In this document: positions 58,413 to 64,000 of the stretch, piece after piece | Position numbering within the stretch: the stretch's first letter is position 1 | Layout of the letters: each line of letters begins with the position of its first letter | Origin: Patescibacteria group bacterium | Lineage (GTDB): Bacteria > Patescibacteriota > Dojkabacteria > GCA-002793355 | DNA: 64,000 nt | NCBI GenBank assembly: GCA_016860985.1 | Contig: BOKM01000001.1 | Span: 399,462-463,461 of the forward strand | Reading direction: 5' to 3' | The notes under the pieces: generated by a model | The model's input: only the letters and a program-made list of their open reading frames with translations | Told to the model about the DNA's origin: nothing | Databases searched by the model: none | Translations under genes and position numbers: made by a program

Positions 58413-59326
58413 TTCAGTTACCCCAAGACCAGATTAAAGAAGCACACGTTTTACAAAGTACTGTACGGTATGCCGACCTTTTACCTACGAAATCGAGGAG
58501 AAAAGACACTGCAGTAGTTTTCCTTGCAGGACAAAAGTCACCACTCGAGAGGTTCTTTCCGTTTTCGCAGTATTTTGCACAGTTTTACCACACATATGGG
58601 TACGAGATACCTGGAATGGGTGTACAAAAAAGAGCACCCAACTCTCCGGCAACAATAAAAACAATGAGCCAAGAGTTAGCAGTTTTTATTCAAGAGATTG
58701 TGCAAGAGCCGAATGTGATTGTTGTAGCTGGGTCTGTAGGTTTTTGGTTCACCACCGAGGCGTTATTATCTGAGCAAACACTTAGAAACAAAGTTAAAAA
58801 AATTGTGTCACTTGTCGGAGTACTTGGACAATCGACGTTCGGGTTTTCGACGATAAAACGAAAGCTAATCCTACGCTTTTGCAAGCTCATTACCACACCT
58901 CGTGCTCAAAAAATTGTACAGTCGCTTTTGGAACATGATCGCTTCTTAAATTTTTACGTGAAGTGGCTTATTCGCAGGCGCCACCTTTCTCATCTCAAAG
59001 AAACAGACCAACAAGAATTCGAAGAGTTTGAACGCTTTTTACTTAAGACCTCTGATTGGAAAATTCACTTTTCTACCGTGGCACAATACCTAACCACCGA
59101 TGTATCTTCTGAAGAAAAGCTCAACATCCCGCTACTTTCACTATATACCTCTCATGACGAATATTTTCCCTTTGAAAACCAGAAACGTAATTTCGAAAAG
59201 ACATACTCAGACATTACATGGATTCCAATCCCACTTACTCGCCACGCACCACTTGTTGTAAAAGATTTTCATGATTATCAAGAAATCATCCCAGAATCGA
59301 AAATATTTGAATTTCTTGACAAGTAA
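58409..59326 (+). CDS. Alpha/beta hydrolase-fold protein
   Basis: VVFLAG, EIPGMG, AGSVG elbow, HDEY and RHAP; 4-nt overlap with the ATP-grasp gene. Confidence 0.7.
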   Translation: MIQLPQDQIKEAHVLQSTVRYADLLPTKSRRKDTAVVFLAGQKSPLERFFPFSQYFAQFYHTYGYEIPGMGVQKRAPNSPATIKTMSQELAVFIQEIVQEPNVIVVAGSVGFWFTTEALLSEQTLRNKVKKIVSLVGVLGQSTFGFSTIKRKLILRFCKLITTPRAQKIVQSLLEHDRFLNFYVKWLIRRRHLSHLKETDQQEFEEFERFLLKTSDWKIHFSTVAQYLTTDVSSEEKLNIPLLSLYTSHDEYFPFENQKRNFEKTYSDITWIPIPLTRHAPLVVKDFHDYQEIIPESKIFEFLDK

Positions 59327-59344
59327 CTGTCGCCTTTTTATAAT
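59316..59344 (+). promoter_or_regulatory. Consensus sigma70 promoter of groEL
   Basis: TTGACA (59316-59321), 17 nt, TATAAT (59339-59344). Confidence 0.85.
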
Positions 59345-59346
59345 CA

Positions 59347-59373
59347 TTAGCATTCTCTTGTGGTGACTGCTAA
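59347..59373 (+). promoter_or_regulatory. CIRCE operator (HrcA binding site)
   Basis: TTAGCATTC-N9-GACTGCTAA versus consensus TTAGCACTC-N9-GAGTGCTAA, directly after the groEL -10 box. Confidence 0.9.
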
Positions 59374-59387
59374 AATACTGTCACTGA

Positions 59388-61041
<1,654 letters not shown>

Positions 61042-61043
<2 letters not shown>

Positions 61044-61067
61044 CGAATGGGGCGAAAGCCCCACGCT
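61042..61067 (+). terminator. GC-rich hairpin after groEL
   Basis: AGCG-AA-TGGGGC-GAAA-GCCCCA-CGCT between convergent genes; U-tract is weak. Confidence 0.55.
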
Positions 61068-61098
61068 CCGTTAATTCATTTGAGCGAACTCCGAGAAT

Positions 61099-61854
61099 CT
61101 ATACGAGTGAACTGCCGGTAGGTCTTTTCTCTCGCCAAATTGTTCGGATTCTTGTTTGGTATGTAGTTTTTGGATCCATGAGAGTCGATTCAATCCGACT
61201 TCCCGAAATTAATACCGCTAACCTATCGGCATCAACATCCTTAAAGTGATCGATTCTTCGAGTAATTGGATCTGACGACTTTAAGTTTAGCTCCATTGCC
61301 AGCTGCTTAAGCGATATTTCCGAAACAAAATTAGCACTTAATACTCGAGCCAGTTTGTCCGGATTATCCTCTTTATAAACTTCTGCCGGATCGTTCATTT
61401 GATATTCAACGATTCGTGCCGTGAGAGCTTGCTTTTCTTCTTGGCTGAGACCCCCGTGACTCTTATCTGGAATAAAGTGTAGCAAAGGAGTTCTTGTTTT
61501 CTTTGTGGCTTCGTCTTGTACCCGTAACTGTGCTGCAACAGCAAGAACAACAACATCTGACAAGGTTAGATTTAATTCATTTCCAAGACCAAGATGTTTA
61601 CGATATACAACATCAGCAATATGGCAAAGCACTTCGGCACGTTTTTCCGCAATAGCGGGGAGATTAAGCAAGTTGGTATATGGCACATCCTCGATTAGCT
61701 TTTCGGTGGCAGCTGCATAGGCTTCACTACGTTTTTTTATTTCTGTCCGCAAGCCACTTTCTGCACCCTGCTTAAGCCTACCTTCATTGATTGTGCGCAC
61801 TTCTTCCAGAAATGTTGCAAATCTGCTTTTTTCATATTCTATTGTCATATACAC
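61099..61854 (-). CDS. Hypothetical protein
   Basis: 251-aa ORF, helical and charged; TGTTATAAT box just upstream. Confidence 0.6.
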   Translation of the reverse strand: MYMTIEYEKSRFATFLEEVRTINEGRLKQGAESGLRTEIKKRSEAYAAATEKLIEDVPYTNLLNLPAIAEKRAEVLCHIADVVYRKHLGLGNELNLTLSDVVVLAVAAQLRVQDEATKKTRTPLLHFIPDKSHGGLSQEEKQALTARIVEYQMNDPAEVYKEDNPDKLARVLSANFVSEISLKQLAMELNLKSSDPITRRIDHFKDVDADRLAVLISGSRIESTLMDPKTTYQTRIRTIWREKRPTGSSLV

Positions 61855-61894
61855 ACGATTATAACATCTTATAGGATACGTTATAATAATATCG

Positions 61895-62698
61895 ATGGAT
61901 ATCAGTGCATTTAAAAAAGTAGTGTGGGATTTTTTTGCTCACAACAAAAGATCTTTTCCGTGGAGAGATACCCGCAACCCTTACGAAATTTTCGTCTCTG
62001 AGTTTATGCTACAACAGACACAAACTGCGCGAGTTATACCAAAGTATCTAAGTTGGCTACAGCTATTCCCTACAGTTGCAACACTCGCGCAAGCTCCTCT
62101 GTCTACGGTGCTTACGGAATGGAGTGGGCTTGGATACAACCGTAGGGCAAAGTTCCTACACTCTGCAGCAAAAGTGATTGCAATAGACCTGAAGAATGTT
62201 TTTCCTTCGACGTACGCTGAACTCATACAACTTCCTGGTGTTGGACATTACACCGCGAATGCAGTGTTAGCATTTGCGTATAACCTACCAGTTCCAGTTG
62301 TAGAGACTAACATTAGAACCGTTTTTTTACATCATTTTTTCTCTAATAGCCAAAAGATTACTGAAAAAGAGTTTGAGTCATTAGCAACGGAAACCGTAGA
62401 TAACGATAATCCGAGAGAGTGGTACTACGCGTTAATGGACTACGGAAATTGGTTAAAGACAGAAGGTATCCACCACTTTGACCGACAGAAAAAGTATCGT
62501 AAACAAGCACCATTTAAGGGATCTAACCGCTTTGTTCGAGGATATCTACTTCGCGAAGTACTCAAATATAACAGCCTGAAGCTTTCGGACGTGATTATTC
62601 CCGGATATAGTGCAGCTACTGTAAAGAAAATTGCAGAAATTCTTCACCAAGAGGGACTTCTTATTAAGCAAGGTCTTTATATCAAAAAAGTCGTGTAG
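61895..62698 (+). CDS. mutY: A/G-specific adenine glycosylase, short form lacking Fe-S cysteines and the C-terminal OG domain
   Basis: FPWR, VSEFMLQQT, WSGLGYNRRA, HhH LPGVGHYTA and ALMDYG motifs. Confidence 0.85.
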   Translation: MDISAFKKVVWDFFAHNKRSFPWRDTRNPYEIFVSEFMLQQTQTARVIPKYLSWLQLFPTVATLAQAPLSTVLTEWSGLGYNRRAKFLHSAAKVIAIDLKNVFPSTYAELIQLPGVGHYTANAVLAFAYNLPVPVVETNIRTVFLHHFFSNSQKITEKEFESLATETVDNDNPREWYYALMDYGNWLKTEGIHHFDRQKKYRKQAPFKGSNRFVRGYLLREVLKYNSLKLSDVIIPGYSAATVKKIAEILHQEGLLIKQGLYIKKVV

Positions 62699-62707
62699 AA
62701 TATTCCT

Positions 62708-63376
62708 ATGGCTCATATTGTAATTCTCCCCGGATGGATGCAGACCTCTGCAGATTGGAAGTCAGTCCAAGAGAAACTCGGGTCCCACACAGTGGATATT
62801 ATTGACCTCCCTGGATTTGGAATTCAACCAATAATTGATAGCGCGTGGGGAGTTCCCGAATATGCCGATTATGTGGCTTCACACATTGCCTTACACAACT
62901 GGAATGATCTTATACTTATTGGTCATTCATTTGGGGGCCGTGTGGCTTCATACCTCGCTGCACAAAATCCCTTATGGCTTAAGGCACTCGTACTTTATGG
63001 CGCACCTTGCTTATACAGACCGACGCTTAAAGTGAGAATCATTTCACGTCTAGCTAAAATTGCAAAAAAATTTGGCATTTCGAAGAAACTATCACCCAAC
63101 AAAGAACTTCTTGCTGCAGACGAAATAGGGCTTGGAACAACTTACAGAAAAACTATACCTTTTGACCAAACTGATCTGGTAAAAAACATACGAGTTCCTA
63201 CACTATTGCTTTGGGGCTCAGAAGATACCGAAGCTCCAACTTATATTGCAGATGAGTTACAACAGCTTATTCCACGAAACCATTTACAATTCCTTGCTCA
63301 CCAAGGACATAACATACATTTAACTAACCCCTCACTTTTTTATGGCATTATTACACAATACATTAAAAATTTATAA
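62708..63376 (+). CDS. Alpha/beta hydrolase
   Basis: LPGW, DLPGFG, GHSFGG, WGSED and GHNIH motifs. Confidence 0.9.
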   Translation: MAHIVILPGWMQTSADWKSVQEKLGSHTVDIIDLPGFGIQPIIDSAWGVPEYADYVASHIALHNWNDLILIGHSFGGRVASYLAAQNPLWLKALVLYGAPCLYRPTLKVRIISRLAKIAKKFGISKKLSPNKELLAADEIGLGTTYRKTIPFDQTDLVKNIRVPTLLLWGSEDTEAPTYIADELQQLIPRNHLQFLAHQGHNIHLTNPSLFYGIITQYIKNL

Positions 63377-64000
63377 TACATTCTTGCCGTTTTTCGACAC
63401 ACTCTATATATTACAGCTGGAGGAATATTCGAACAAAAGACTTCTACACTGGCTGCCACGTTTTTTCTTTAAAAGAAACATACAAAAGCGTGAAAGACTC
63501 ATTATAACTAAGAAGGTACTTATCCTTACGGTACTAAGCCACATTTTATTCATTTTTTCGGCACTGTTACTCTTGGACATTACTAGAGGCAACCTATACA
63601 CCTCGGCTGCACTAATTGTTGCACATATTTTAGCCGTCCCATTTTTTGTGTTTTGTGCAAATGCCATTTTTACCGTTGTTGAATTATTTCCTAAGAAGAA
63701 GCAATTGGCACGTGCTGCACAAAAAGTAAAAAGAGTGAACCCAAAAACTATTGTAATTGCCGGAAGTTTTGGAAAAACGAGTACAAAAAACTTCGTTTAC
63801 CAACTATCCAAATCCTCCTTTCGAACACAGATGATTCCGGGGAATATTAATACGCCAATGGGTATTGCCAATTGGGTACTCTCCTCTTTATTACCAACTA
63901 CCGAACTGTTAATTGCAGAGGTAGATGCATATGAAGTAGGTGAGATCAAAAGAAGTTGCCTTGTAATTCCTGCCGACGTTGCGTTACTTACAAATATTGG
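63342..64000 (+). CDS. murF: UDP-MurNAc-tripeptide--D-Ala-D-Ala ligase with N-terminal TM helices, 3'-truncated by the window edge
   Basis: Not in the ORF track. Translated by hand from ATG 63342: LYILQLEEY...IAGSFGKTSTK...NINTPMGI...IAEVDA...LLTNIG. Confidence 0.85.
   Translation, partial: MALLHNTLKIYNTFLPFFDTLYILQLEEYSNKRLLHWLPRFFFKRNIQKRERLIITKKVLILTVLSHILFIFSALLLLDITRGNLYTSAALIVAHILAVPFFVFCANAIFTVVELFPKKKQLARAAQKVKRVNPKTIVIAGSFGKTSTKNFVYQLSKSSFRTQMIPGNINTPMGIANWVLSSLLPTTELLIAEVDAYEVGEIKRSCLVIPADVALLTNI

Noticed and set aside
63404-63667. 87-aa minus-strand ORF
   Set aside because: Antisense to the open murF frame that starts at 63342

Overview
Gene-dense, roughly 40% GC bacterial DNA using standard code 11. 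By inference it comes from a Patescibacteria/CPR genome (Microgenomates/WWE3/Dojkabacteria-like gene content: DUF5671, DUF5667, many Thr/Pro-linker surface proteins, pilN/O-like genes, short MutY). Housekeeping genes present: rpoD, groEL with a CIRCE operator, tgt, a Nudix-fused sua5/tsaC, tag, mutY, pepF and a partial murF. I saw no rRNA, tRNA, CRISPR array, transposase, integrase or prophage. Highlights: (1) an operon of three cytochrome-b5-fold genes (one PGRMC/MAPR-like), a NOX-like ferric reductase, an OmpR-type regulator and a sensor kinase broken by one in-frame TAA; (2) three large surface proteins with different N-terminal domains on one conserved ~380-aa membrane-anchor module; (3) a perfect four-way-junction RNA in the 5' leader of a HAD hydrolase that I cannot assign to a known riboswitch; (4) a split, order-reversed Rph/PEP-synthase-like dikinase; (5) pervasive leaderless promoters, including a 21-bp bidirectional promoter for rpoD. 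All family calls come from motif recognition by eye, not database searches.
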